From a virus (taxonomy: Duplodnaviria > Caudoviricetes), in the IMG/VR virus record IMGVR_UViG_3300020196_000232, positions 1-24,535 of that record: a DNA stretch of 24,535 nt. One strand, 5' to 3'. The notes below the pieces were generated by a model. That model was not told where the DNA came from and searched no databases. It saw only the letters and a program-made list of their open reading frames with translations. Position numbers and translations under genes: made by a program. The first letter of the stretch is position 1. Each line of letters begins with the position of its first letter. Positions 10,055 to 19,468 of this stretch are shown piece by piece.

Positions 10055-13000
10055 ATGCCACAAAATACCAACCTCAACACAGCACCATATTTTGACGATT
10101 TTAATGAGGATAAAAATTTTAAGCGTGTTTTGTTCAAACCTGGAACAGCAATTCAATCCAGGGAACTAACAACTCTACAATCTATTCTTCAAAATCAAAT
10201 TGAGAGTTTTGGAAAGCATTTTTTCAAAGAAGGGGCAAAAGTAATCCCTGGACAAACTTCATATGACAATCAATACGAGTGTGTTCAATTAAATTCTTCG
10301 TTTTTTGGCGCTAATTTAAGAGATTATATTAAATTGTTGATTGGTAATACAATTGTTGGGGCAACTTCAGGCGTAACTGCTACTGTAATTAATGCAATTA
10401 CAGATTTAGAATCTGATAGAAACATTAATACTTTATACGTTCGCTATGTAAAATCAAATAGCACAGATTTTACAGGATCTAAATTTGTTGATGGTGAACA
10501 ACTACTTACCGAAACTGCTGTTGATATTGGAACTTTAACTATTGAAGCTGGAAATGCTTTTGCTACATGTATTGATAAAAATGCAACTTTAGTAGCTTCT
10601 TCTGCTTCAATATCTGAAGGTATCTATTTTATTAGAGGTCATTTTGTTAAAGTATTAAGTGAGTCTATTGTATTAGATCAGTATGGAAATACTCCAAGTT
10701 ACAGAGTTGGTTTGTTAATCAATGAAGAGCTTGTAACTGCATTTGATGATGAATCATTATATGATAATGCTCAGGGATATTCTAACTATTCTGCTCCAGG
10801 GGCAGACAGGTTTAAAATTTCAACATCATTGATCAAAAAATCATTAGATGATTTTAATGATGAAAATTTTATTGAACTTATGCGTATTGTTGATGGTGTT
10901 CTTCAACAATTTGCACAGGAAACCGTAAATTCAACAATCCGAGATGAATTAGCAAGAAGAACTTTTGACGAATCTGGTAATTATATTGTAGATCCTTTTG
11001 AAATTTTTGCAAAAGAAAGTCTAAATGGGGATGAAGGTAACGGTGGCATTTATACTGAGAATCAAAAAACTTCCGAAGGAAATTCTCCATCAGAAGCTTT
11101 AGCACTTTTACAAGTGTCTCCTGGTAAAGCTTATGTAAGAGGATATGAAATTGGAAAAATTTCTCCATCTTTTATTGATATAGAGAAGCCAAGAACTTCC
11201 AATAGCGTAGATACATATTCTCTTACTTTTAATAGCACTAACAAAATTGTTATCAACAACGTAACAGGTTCTCCAGTTGTTGGATTTGGAACTACTACAA
11301 CACTATCACTTGTTGATGCTAGAATAAGTGCAAATGGTCTTTTAATTGGTGGTAACGAAATTGGTGTTGCTAGAATTTATGATTTTAAATCTCAAGATTC
11401 CAGATATGTAGATGATGCCACAAAATTTGAATTATTCTTATATGATATACAAACATATACAAAGGTATCAATTTCAACTACAATTACATTAAACACTCCT
11501 GCTTTTGTTAAAGGTAATAGTAGTGGAGCAACTGGATATTTACAATCTTCAGTATCAGCATCTCCCAACTTAACTTTATATTGCAGTAATGGTTCGTTTA
11601 TTCAAGGTGAAACTATATCAGTAAACGGTATTACTTCTGCTCCAACTGTAGTATCTGTTCGTGATTATGATTTTAGTGATGTAAAATCAGTATTTTCTAG
11701 AGTTGGAATTAATACATTCACTGCAGATTTAGAATTAAATAACGTTCAATCAATTTCACGTCAAGGAACTCAATTTACAATTACTAGTGCAGGTGCAGTT
11801 ACAATCGGAGTAACATCTGCAGTTTCAGTTGGAATTAAAACTGGCGATATTATCAGATATACAAAAACAGGCAATACATATCCAACATTTAATAGAGTTA
11901 CTGCAGTTAGCCCAGCAGCAAATTCATTTACTGTTGCTGGAGTTACAAGTGTTACCAATGTTTGTGATGGAACTCTTCCAGGTTCAACAATTACAGCAAA
12001 TGATTTGTTAATTATTAAACCATTTTTAATCAATGGTTCAAAATCAACTTTAGTTACACCACTAGCAAATACTGATATTAGTAATTTAAACCTTGTAACG
12101 TCACAAATCAAGATTAAAAAAACATATACTTTATCTGTTTCTGGAAGTCAAGTATCTACCACTGAATCTGATGTAAATCTATTCTTTTCAGAATTTGATG
12201 TTGAAGATTATGTATTAACCTATTCTACAGGAGCAGTAGAACCTCTAAGAAGTGGGCAAGTAATATTTTCAAACGGTAACAAAACCATTACATTAAATCA
12301 ATTATCTGTAGCTACAGATTCTAGTGCCAAGTTAGTTGCTACTTTATCTAAGATTAACGCTTCATCAAAACAAAAAATCTTAAATCGTTGTTCTACTGTT
12401 ACAATTAGCAGATCATCAAATTCTGCATCTGGTCTTGGAACTTCATCATTAAATGATGGATTAACTTTTAGTACAATTTATGGAACTAGAGTTCAAGAAA
12501 AAGAAGTTTCACTCAATGTTCCTGATGTTTTACGTGTTCATGCTATCTTTGAATCAGATGATACATCAACTCCTACTTTACCATCTTTAACTTTAGTAGA
12601 AATTTCAGGTTCCTTATTAAATACAATTGTTGGTGATGTAATTATTGGTGATGAAAGTAAGGCAGCAGCTAGAGTTGTTTCTACTACAGCATCAACTATC
12701 AACTTTGTTTATATAACTGAAAAATCTTTTAGAATTGATGAATCTGTAACATTAAAAAGATCTGGTATTACAGCTAAAATCTCTAACGTAACCGATGGTG
12801 ATAATAATATTACCGAAAACTTTACTTTAGATAATGGTCAAAGACTTGAATTTTTAGATTATGGTAAAATTATTAGAAAACCATCTGCACAAACACCAAC
12901 AAAATCTATCACTGTAGTATTTGATCATTATAGCATACCTGCTGGTGATAATGGAGATTTTGTTTCATTCTCTAGCTATTCATCTGATCTATACACCAGA

Positions 13001-16000
13001 GATATTCCTTCTTTACAATCTTTAAGATCCACTGATGCAATTGATATCAGACCTAGAGTTGTAAATTATGATCCAACAACAGACACATTATCTCCATTTG
13101 AATTTAATAAAAGAAATTTTGCATCTTCTGGAACTTATTCCAATAGTCTAATTTATCCAAATAGTCAAATAGTATTTGGGTATTCTTATTACCTACCCAG
13201 AATTGATAAGTTACTATTAACAAAAGAGGGATTCTTTGAACTAAGAATGGGTGAGCCATCTTTAAATCCTGTAGCACCAATTGACTTATCATCTTCATTA
13301 GATATTGCTACTATCAGATTAAGACCTTATGTTTATAACGTTAAGCAAGATATTTCAGTAACACCTATTCGCCATAAGCGTTATACCATGGCGGATATTA
13401 CTAAACTTGAGAACAGACTATCAAATGTAGAAACCTACACATCACTATCATTACTAGAAAGTGAGACTTTTAATTTAAGTATTAAAGATTCAGCTACTGG
13501 ATTAGATAGATTTAAATCAGGTTTCTTTGTAGATAACTTTAAGAGTCATGCTGGTCATTTATTAAGCGGCAATTCTAGCATTGATTCTTTAAATGGTGAA
13601 TTAAGACCAGCTCATTATACAACATCTTTAGATCTATTGATTGGATCTCAATCTCTTGTGGGAATTGGCTCAACAGCAAATCAAAATGTAGACTCTAGAT
13701 TTGTTACAGATTTACAATCTCCAAATATTAAGAGAACGGGTTCTTTAATTACTCTTAATTATACCGAAACTGTTGCTGCTCAACAAAGATTTGCAACTAG
13801 AACAGAAAATATCAATCCATTTGCAGTTTCAACTTGGATTGGAAATATTGAACTTGCTCCTGCATCTGATACTTGGATTGCTGAAAATAGATTATCTGCA
13901 AGGAATGTTGATGAAGAAGGTAGCTATAATGCATTGTTAACAGCTTTACAATCAGATCCTAATACAGGCATCTCCCCTGTCGATTGGGGTTCTTGGCAAG
14001 AAGTATGGTCAGGTCAAACTGTAGTTGGAAATGAAGTCGTAAGATCCGAAACTTCGACCGAAAGGACTGGAGATACTGGATGGGTTAATACTGGTGCTAG
14101 AAGAGGTGATTGGCCCTTCTTAGAGCAAAGAAGAACACAATCTTTAGTTGACACTACTGTTAATACTAATTTAATTACTACAAGAACAGATACTAGATTA
14201 ACCAGACAAGGTGTTCAATTCCAAGTCTCACCTAGAGTTGATCGCAGATCTTTAGGATCTTCAGTTGTAAGCAGAGACATTATACCATTCTTAAGATCTA
14301 GAAATATTGAATTTATTGCAAGAAGAATGAGACCTAGAACTCAGTTCTATGCATTCTTTGACAACGTTCCAATGACTTCTTACTGTGTCCCTAAATTGTT
14401 AGAAATAACAATGACAAGTGGAACATTTAGAGTCGGTGAAACTGTTACTGGATATGTTCCAGGATCAACTGTTAGAAATACACAAAATACTTTAATTAGA
14501 TTTAGAGTTGCAAAATCAAATCATAAGTATGGTCCTTATGATAATCCAACTCAAGTATTTGATGCTAATCCATACGAAGATACTTTAACCTTAGCTGCAG
14601 ATTATTCTGCGACCTCTACTATATTAAATATTGATACTTTTAGCTTAGGTGCTCAATCAGAAAGTAATTTCTATGGTCAAATTGTACCAAGAATGGTTCT
14701 TATCGGTCAAACTAGTGGAGCACAGGCTTCTGTAAGAGATTTAAGATTAATCTCTGATAGAAATGGAACTCTCATTGCATCTCTGTTTATTCCCGATCCA
14801 GCAAGTCCAACAGAACCAGAATTTGAGACTGGAAGAAAAACTTTATTACTTACTGCAAATGAAACTAATAACCCAATTCCAGGATCATATAACAGCCAAG
14901 CAGAAGTTGTATTCACTTCTTCTGGTGAATTAAATACTACGCAAGAAACTGTCATTTCAACAAGAAATGCAGATATTCAAAGAACACAAGTTTCAGACAC
15001 TACAACTGTTTCTCAAACAGTATCTACCTTATCAAGATCAACAACTGCTCAAACCAGAACAGTTACAAACCAAAATTGGTATGATCCTTTAGCTGAGACA
15101 TTCTTAGTTACAGATGATGGTGGTGTGTTCATGACATCATTAGATGTTTATTTTGCAACTAAAGATAATAATATTCCAGTAACGTGTCAAATTAGAACTA
15201 CACAAACTGGACAACCAACATCAACAATTATTGCATTCAGTCAAGTAACCTTAGAGTCATCCCAAGTTACAACTTCTACAAACGGAACTATTGCTACTAA
15301 ATTTACCTTCCCATCTCCTGTTTATCTTGAAGGTAATGGTAGAGAATATGCAATTGTTCTTCTTTCCGATTCAAACAATTATACTGTTTGGATTTCTAGA
15401 ATGGGTGAAGTTGATATCACTACAACGAATCTTTCTGAAAATCAAAGAGTAATTGTTTCTCAGCAACCATACTTAGGATCACTATTTAAGTCACAAAATG
15501 GTTCTACATGGGATGCAAGTCAATTAGAAGATCTTAAGTTCGTTCTTTATAAAGCACAATTTGTAGCTGATCCTGGGATCTTCAAACTATATAATCCTAA
15601 ACTGGGAATTGGTAACCGTCAAGTTCCAATTCTAAGACCTCAGCCAGTTCAAACAATTTCTAAAGAAGTTGTTGTAGGTCTTGGATCAACTGTTCCAAGC
15701 ACTTACTTGACTCCTGGCGTTACTATTACTCAGCTTAATAATACGAACACCACAGGTAAATTAAAATCCGCCACGGGTGCAATTGCAATTAATAATACAC
15801 AAGCATTACAAGTCAATAACGTTGGTAGTGGACTAACACCATCAACAGGAAACTTTACTTACACTGGAGTAAATCTGTCTTCTATTAGTGGAGTTGGAAC
15901 TGGCGCTCAAATGTCAATTTCAATCAATAGTGGTAACATTGGTGTTATTACTGTAACTAGCGGTGGTAGAGGATATGCAGTTGGTGATGTATTAACTGCT

Positions 16001-17515
16001 AGAGTTGGCGCAGTCAGTGAAAATGTAAGATTTAATGTTGGAATTGTTTCTGCTTTAAATCAACTTACAATTACTAATGTTCAGGGTAGTTTTGATACTG
16101 TTAATCAAGTTGCTTGGCTTGTCGGTAGCGGACCAAACGTTGGTATTGCATCTACTCTGCCAGCAGTTCCTACAACAGTTACCAATGCTGCTGATAAAAC
16201 TGGACTATACATGAATATTTCTCATAGAAATCATGGTATGCACGGCAGAAATAATAAAGTAATTATTTCTGGAGCAATCTCCAATATTGTTCCAGTTCGT
16301 TTAGCACTAGAATATACTAATACATCAACAACTGGTCTTCCTGTAACTAATGTAGGTATATTTACAAGCTTTGAAAATATTGGAGTTTCAAGTACAAATC
16401 CAGGTTATATCTTAATTAACAATGAAGTTATCAGTTACACTGGTACTAACGCATCAACGTCCCCTCAAACTTTAACTGGCATTTCTAGAGCCATTGATAA
16501 CACAGTTGCTCAAACACATACAGTTAACTCACCAGTCATGAAGTATGAACTTGCTGGTGTCTCACTGAGAAGAGTTAATACAACTCATAATTTTGCTGAT
16601 GTTGATGTTTCAAATAATATTGAATTAGATTCTTACTATGTTAAGATTAATACAACATCAACTGGATTGGGAACGGCTAGAGATGGTTCAAATGGTTTAC
16701 CAATCCTTGCATTTAGTGACACCGAGCAAGCTGGTGGTAGAAACGTGAGAGCAACTCAAAATATTCAATTTGAAACTCTTACTCCTAATGTTCAAATTAT
16801 GATTCCTTCTACAACTCAAATTGCAACACGAGTAAGAACAGTCAGTGCTACTAGCGTTGATGGAACTGAAATTTCATTCCAAGATAATGGTTATGAACCA
16901 ATTAATTTAAATGCCGTAAATCAATTTACTACTCCTAGAATTATTTGCTCCGAAGTTAATGAACTTGATAAACTTTCATCTCTTTCTGGCAATAAATCAT
17001 TTACTATGGAAATGACTTTAAGCACTCAAAATAGAAATGTATCACCTGTAATCGATCTAGATAGAATTAATGTAATTACAACGACAAATAGAATTGATAA
17101 TTCAATCATTGATTTTATTGGGGATAATAGAATTAATTCAGATTTAACCGATCCAAGTGCAGCTACTTATGTAACTAAGAGAGTTAATTTAGAAAATTCT
17201 GCAACGTCTCTTGATGTAAGATTTGCCGCATTTAGAGATGAGAGTAATAATATTCGTGTTCTATACAAGCTTTATAGAAATGATGCTCCTGATGTAGATC
17301 AACCATACGTCCTTTTCCCAGGATATGCAAATCTTGGTGATGGAACACCTGATGCTAACATTGCATCAAGTAATAATAATGAATATCGTGATTATAAATT
17401 TACTGCTAATAATTTACCAGAATTTACTGGATTTACAATTAAGGTGGTAATGACTGGCACAAATCAAGCTTTTGTACCTAAGATCAAAGAATTTAGAGCA
17501 ATTGCATTAGCATAA
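10055..17515 (+). CDS. VrlC-like large virion structural protein (DUF4815-type)
   Basis: 2486 aa; N-terminus NLNTAPYFDDF...RVLFKPG...QSRELTTLQSILQNQIE, APGADRFKI, LARRTFDESGNY, RYTMADI-x-KLE-x-R, DRFKSGFFVDNF, DPLAETF, GSLFKSQNGSTW; position after gp8 is the usual cyanomyovirus arrangement. Confidence 0.88.
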   Translation: MPQNTNLNTAPYFDDFNEDKNFKRVLFKPGTAIQSRELTTLQSILQNQIESFGKHFFKEGAKVIPGQTSYDNQYECVQLNSSFFGANLRDYIKLLIGNTIVGATSGVTATVINAITDLESDRNINTLYVRYVKSNSTDFTGSKFVDGEQLLTETAVDIGTLTIEAGNAFATCIDKNATLVASSASISEGIYFIRGHFVKVLSESIVLDQYGNTPSYRVGLLINEELVTAFDDESLYDNAQGYSNYSAPGADRFKISTSLIKKSLDDFNDENFIELMRIVDGVLQQFAQETVNSTIRDELARRTFDESGNYIVDPFEIFAKESLNGDEGNGGIYTENQKTSEGNSPSEALALLQVSPGKAYVRGYEIGKISPSFIDIEKPRTSNSVDTYSLTFNSTNKIVINNVTGSPVVGFGTTTTLSLVDARISANGLLIGGNEIGVARIYDFKSQDSRYVDDATKFELFLYDIQTYTKVSISTTITLNTPAFVKGNSSGATGYLQSSVSASPNLTLYCSNGSFIQGETISVNGITSAPTVVSVRDYDFSDVKSVFSRVGINTFTADLELNNVQSISRQGTQFTITSAGAVTIGVTSAVSVGIKTGDIIRYTKTGNTYPTFNRVTAVSPAANSFTVAGVTSVTNVCDGTLPGSTITANDLLIIKPFLINGSKSTLVTPLANTDISNLNLVTSQIKIKKTYTLSVSGSQVSTTESDVNLFFSEFDVEDYVLTYSTGAVEPLRSGQVIFSNGNKTITLNQLSVATDSSAKLVATLSKINASSKQKILNRCSTVTISRSSNSASGLGTSSLNDGLTFSTIYGTRVQEKEVSLNVPDVLRVHAIFESDDTSTPTLPSLTLVEISGSLLNTIVGDVIIGDESKAAARVVSTTASTINFVYITEKSFRIDESVTLKRSGITAKISNVTDGDNNITENFTLDNGQRLEFLDYGKIIRKPSAQTPTKSITVVFDHYSIPAGDNGDFVSFSSYSSDLYTRDIPSLQSLRSTDAIDIRPRVVNYDPTTDTLSPFEFNKRNFASSGTYSNSLIYPNSQIVFGYSYYLPRIDKLLLTKEGFFELRMGEPSLNPVAPIDLSSSLDIATIRLRPYVYNVKQDISVTPIRHKRYTMADITKLENRLSNVETYTSLSLLESETFNLSIKDSATGLDRFKSGFFVDNFKSHAGHLLSGNSSIDSLNGELRPAHYTTSLDLLIGSQSLVGIGSTANQNVDSRFVTDLQSPNIKRTGSLITLNYTETVAAQQRFATRTENINPFAVSTWIGNIELAPASDTWIAENRLSARNVDEEGSYNALLTALQSDPNTGISPVDWGSWQEVWSGQTVVGNEVVRSETSTERTGDTGWVNTGARRGDWPFLEQRRTQSLVDTTVNTNLITTRTDTRLTRQGVQFQVSPRVDRRSLGSSVVSRDIIPFLRSRNIEFIARRMRPRTQFYAFFDNVPMTSYCVPKLLEITMTSGTFRVGETVTGYVPGSTVRNTQNTLIRFRVAKSNHKYGPYDNPTQVFDANPYEDTLTLAADYSATSTILNIDTFSLGAQSESNFYGQIVPRMVLIGQTSGAQASVRDLRLISDRNGTLIASLFIPDPASPTEPEFETGRKTLLLTANETNNPIPGSYNSQAEVVFTSSGELNTTQETVISTRNADIQRTQVSDTTTVSQTVSTLSRSTTAQTRTVTNQNWYDPLAETFLVTDDGGVFMTSLDVYFATKDNNIPVTCQIRTTQTGQPTSTIIAFSQVTLESSQVTTSTNGTIATKFTFPSPVYLEGNGREYAIVLLSDSNNYTVWISRMGEVDITTTNLSENQRVIVSQQPYLGSLFKSQNGSTWDASQLEDLKFVLYKAQFVADPGIFKLYNPKLGIGNRQVPILRPQPVQTISKEVVVGLGSTVPSTYLTPGVTITQLNNTNTTGKLKSATGAIAINNTQALQVNNVGSGLTPSTGNFTYTGVNLSSISGVGTGAQMSISINSGNIGVITVTSGGRGYAVGDVLTARVGAVSENVRFNVGIVSALNQLTITNVQGSFDTVNQVAWLVGSGPNVGIASTLPAVPTTVTNAADKTGLYMNISHRNHGMHGRNNKVIISGAISNIVPVRLALEYTNTSTTGLPVTNVGIFTSFENIGVSSTNPGYILINNEVISYTGTNASTSPQTLTGISRAIDNTVAQTHTVNSPVMKYELAGVSLRRVNTTHNFADVDVSNNIELDSYYVKINTTSTGLGTARDGSNGLPILAFSDTEQAGGRNVRATQNIQFETLTPNVQIMIPSTTQIATRVRTVSATSVDGTEISFQDNGYEPINLNAVNQFTTPRIICSEVNELDKLSSLSGNKSFTMEMTLSTQNRNVSPVIDLDRINVITTTNRIDNSIIDFIGDNRINSDLTDPSAATYVTKRVNLENSATSLDVRFAAFRDESNNIRVLYKLYRNDAPDVDQPYVLFPGYANLGDGTPDANIASSNNNEYRDYKFTANNLPEFTGFTIKVVMTGTNQAFVPKIKEFRAIALA

Positions 17516-17516
17516 T

Positions 17517-17738
17517 ATGAACAACGATTATGATAGAGATCTAATACCCGTAGAGGGCAATAACTCCTTAAAAAGAGATAGTTTCTCAAAAGCTATTATC
17601 AATTCTGATAAATCATCTTTTGATAACTACATTTCATTGCGTGATCAAAAAATTAAAGAAAGAAATGAAATTGAATGTATTAAATCTGAACTGGCAGAAG
17701 TAAAAACTTTGCTAGCTCAATTAGTGGCTAAGTTATAA
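17517..17738 (+). CDS. Conserved small hypothetical protein with C-terminal coiled coil
   Basis: 73 aa; IPVEG-x-x-x-L-x-RD...AIIN-x-D then heptad-like EIECIKSELAEVKTLLAQL; starts 2 nt after the VrlC stop. Confidence 0.8.
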   Translation: MNNDYDRDLIPVEGNNSLKRDSFSKAIINSDKSSFDNYISLRDQKIKERNEIECIKSELAEVKTLLAQLVAKL

Positions 17739-17741
17739 ATA
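17734..17741 (+). promoter_or_regulatory. T4 late promoter TATAAATA
   Basis: Perfect TATAAATA overlapping the stop codon of the 73-aa ORF, about 27 nt before the ATG at 17769. Confidence 0.8.
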
Positions 17742-17768
17742 TTTAAAACATTATATTAGCATGTAAGC

Positions 17769-18110
17769 ATGTCTGTAAGAGTTGTTAATTTAGTTATACC
17801 TCAAGGAACAGATTTTACAACATCTTTCATGTTGGAAGAGTATAATGATCTTCCTATTGATTTGAATGGCTATACAGGTGTGTCTCACATCAAAAAACAC
17901 CCATCAAGTACTACAAAGTACCCAATGACGGTGACTATCCCAAATCCTGATTATGGTGAAATAAAAGTATCTATTGGATCTACCGTGTGTTCATCTTTGA
18001 AAGAAGGTAGATATTTATACGATGTTTTGCTTACAGAAACTGCAACAGGTTTAAGAACTAGAGTTGTTGAGGGAACAGTAACAGTTACTGCAGGAGTTTC
18101 AACCTCATGA
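17769..18110 (+). CDS. Small Ig-like virion structural/adaptor protein
   Basis: 113 aa; NLVIPQGTDF...DLNGYTG-x-S-x-IKK...GRYLYDVLL...RVVEGTVTVTAGV, a BppU N-terminal-like beta-sandwich pattern common in cyanophage tail regions. Confidence 0.8.
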   Translation: MSVRVVNLVIPQGTDFTTSFMLEEYNDLPIDLNGYTGVSHIKKHPSSTTKYPMTVTIPNPDYGEIKVSIGSTVCSSLKEGRYLYDVLLTETATGLRTRVVEGTVTVTAGVSTS

Positions 18111-18314
18111 CGGAATTTAATACCAGAATATCGGATCAAAACAGGATTAAAAACCACAAATTTAAGAGGAGCTAATACTATAAACTCCCTGCTAAATGTT
18201 GACGTAACCAATTTAACCAATGGTGACGTTCTTCAGTATAACTCATCGACTGGAAAGTGGGAAGCTGTTGGAATTTTAGGGCAAAACATCCTCGTTGATG
18301 GAGGTGAATTCTGA
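18107..18314 (+). pseudogene. Small fibre-associated protein (~68 aa), frame-disrupted near 18149-18153 (real or sequence error)
   Basis: ATG 18107 overlaps the previous TGA (ATGA). It reads MTEFNTRISDQNRIK and then stops at TAA 18173, while the +1 frame continues TTNLRGANTINSLLNVDVTNLTNGDVLQYNSSTGKWEAVGILGQNILVDGGEF to TGA 18312-18314, overlapping the next ATG. The L-x-x-V-D...NG-x-VL-x-YN-x-x-x-x-KW motif is typical of phage fibre repeats. Absent from the ORF track. Confidence 0.7.
18300..18307 (+). promoter_or_regulatory. Shine-Dalgarno GGAGGTGA for ATG 18314
   Basis: 8-nt perfect complement to the 16S anti-SD, 6 nt upstream of the ATG. Confidence 0.7.
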
Positions 18315-19467
18315 TGGCTATAGGAGCAACGATATTACTTAAAAGAAGTAGTGGAATATCATCTTTACCATCATTAAGATTTGGTGAAATTGCCGTATCT
18401 ATTGGAACTGGTGGTGCATATAATAATTATGGGGGAAGACTTTGGATTGGCGATGGAGCGCAAAATCCAGTTGTAGTTGGGGGTAGATATTTTGCTGAAC
18501 TTTTAGATCAGCAGCCTGGCATTGTAACAGCTGGAAAAGCGATTATAACTGATGCTAATAATCAGATTGCATCATTAAATATTGCTGGCAATTTAAAAAC
18601 TTCATTTCTACTGCTGGTGGTTCTTTTTCTACTGGTGCTACTATTGGTTCTATTGGAATTGCATCAAATATAATTAGCACTAGACCAGGATCAGGAAATG
18701 TTCTTTATATTGATCCATATCCAGATGGATTGAGTAGTGATGGAACAGTTGTAATTAAAGGTAACTTACAAGTTGATGGGCAAACAACTAATATCAATTC
18801 TTCCACAATTACAGTAGAAGAATCTATTTTAGCATTATCAGATCCATCTTCAGTAAGAACTGTAATTGGAGCAATTTCTGCTGGTGTATCTACAATTACA
18901 TTAGATTCTGTAGCAGGAATTAATACAGGTGATGTTCTAAGAAATCTTGCTGGGCTTCCAGCGACAGAAGCAAATAGAACAGTTGTTTCGTACAATTCTG
19001 GCTCAAAATCAGTAACTATTGCTGGTGTAACAACCGCTGGCATTTCATCTGCATCTCAAGTTACTGTAGTTTTTGGATGGGATACACAAACTAATAGAGG
19101 TATTTCATTTACTTATAATAATGATGGTGTTGGATTAGGAACAACAGCAACTAAAACTGGATTCTTTGGTTTCCAAGATTATAATCAAAGATTTACATTT
19201 GTCCCAGACGCAACAATTGGTGTTGCAACTGCAACAGGTATTCGCGGATATGTTAGTGGTACAAAAGGATATCTTGACATCAAAGGAATCTACTATCAGC
19301 TAGCAGACACAAGCACAAATGGTGTTGTGTATTTTGATAATACTGGATTAATGAATTCTACATCAGCTCCTGCTAGTGGAATTTCAACTTCCAACTATAT
19401 ACTTACAACACAGCCAGGAACAGATGTTCCTGTATGGACTAGCACTATAGATGGAGGTGAATATTGA
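18314..19467 (+). CDS. Tail fibre/baseplate-associated structural protein (~384 aa) split by a -1 frame change near 18592-18604
   Basis: Track ORFs 18314-18673 and 18730-19467 appear to be one gene. The downstream frame is open from 18562 and reads FISTAGGSFSTGATIGSIGIASNIISTRPGSGNVLYIDPYPDGLSSDGTVVIKGNLQVDGQTTNINS. The N-terminus ILLKRS...L-x-x-GEIA...RLWIGDG resembles Mtd N-terminal-type domains; the C-terminus is VPVWTSTIDGGEY. Confidence 0.75.
19453..19460 (+). promoter_or_regulatory. Shine-Dalgarno GGAGGTGA for ATG 19469
   Basis: 8-nt anti-SD complement 8 nt upstream of ATG 19469. Confidence 0.7.
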
Positions 19468-19468
19468 A

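Noticed and set aside
18602-18673. Apparent transmembrane helix SFLLLVVLFLLVLLLVLLEL suggesting a membrane protein or holin
   Set aside because: It is the out-of-frame reading of NNT-ending Ser/Thr/Gly/Ala codons after the frame break, which puts T in codon position 2 and automatically gives Leu/Val/Phe.
18730-19467. Independent 245-aa gene starting at TTG 18730
   Set aside because: The frame is open and protein-like from about 18601 and the TTG falls mid-motif (DPYPDGLSSDG); better explained as the 3' part of the 18314 gene.
19451-19468. Upstream ATG for the small coiled-coil ORF
   Set aside because: This ATG overlaps the SD itself; ATG 19469 has proper SD spacing.
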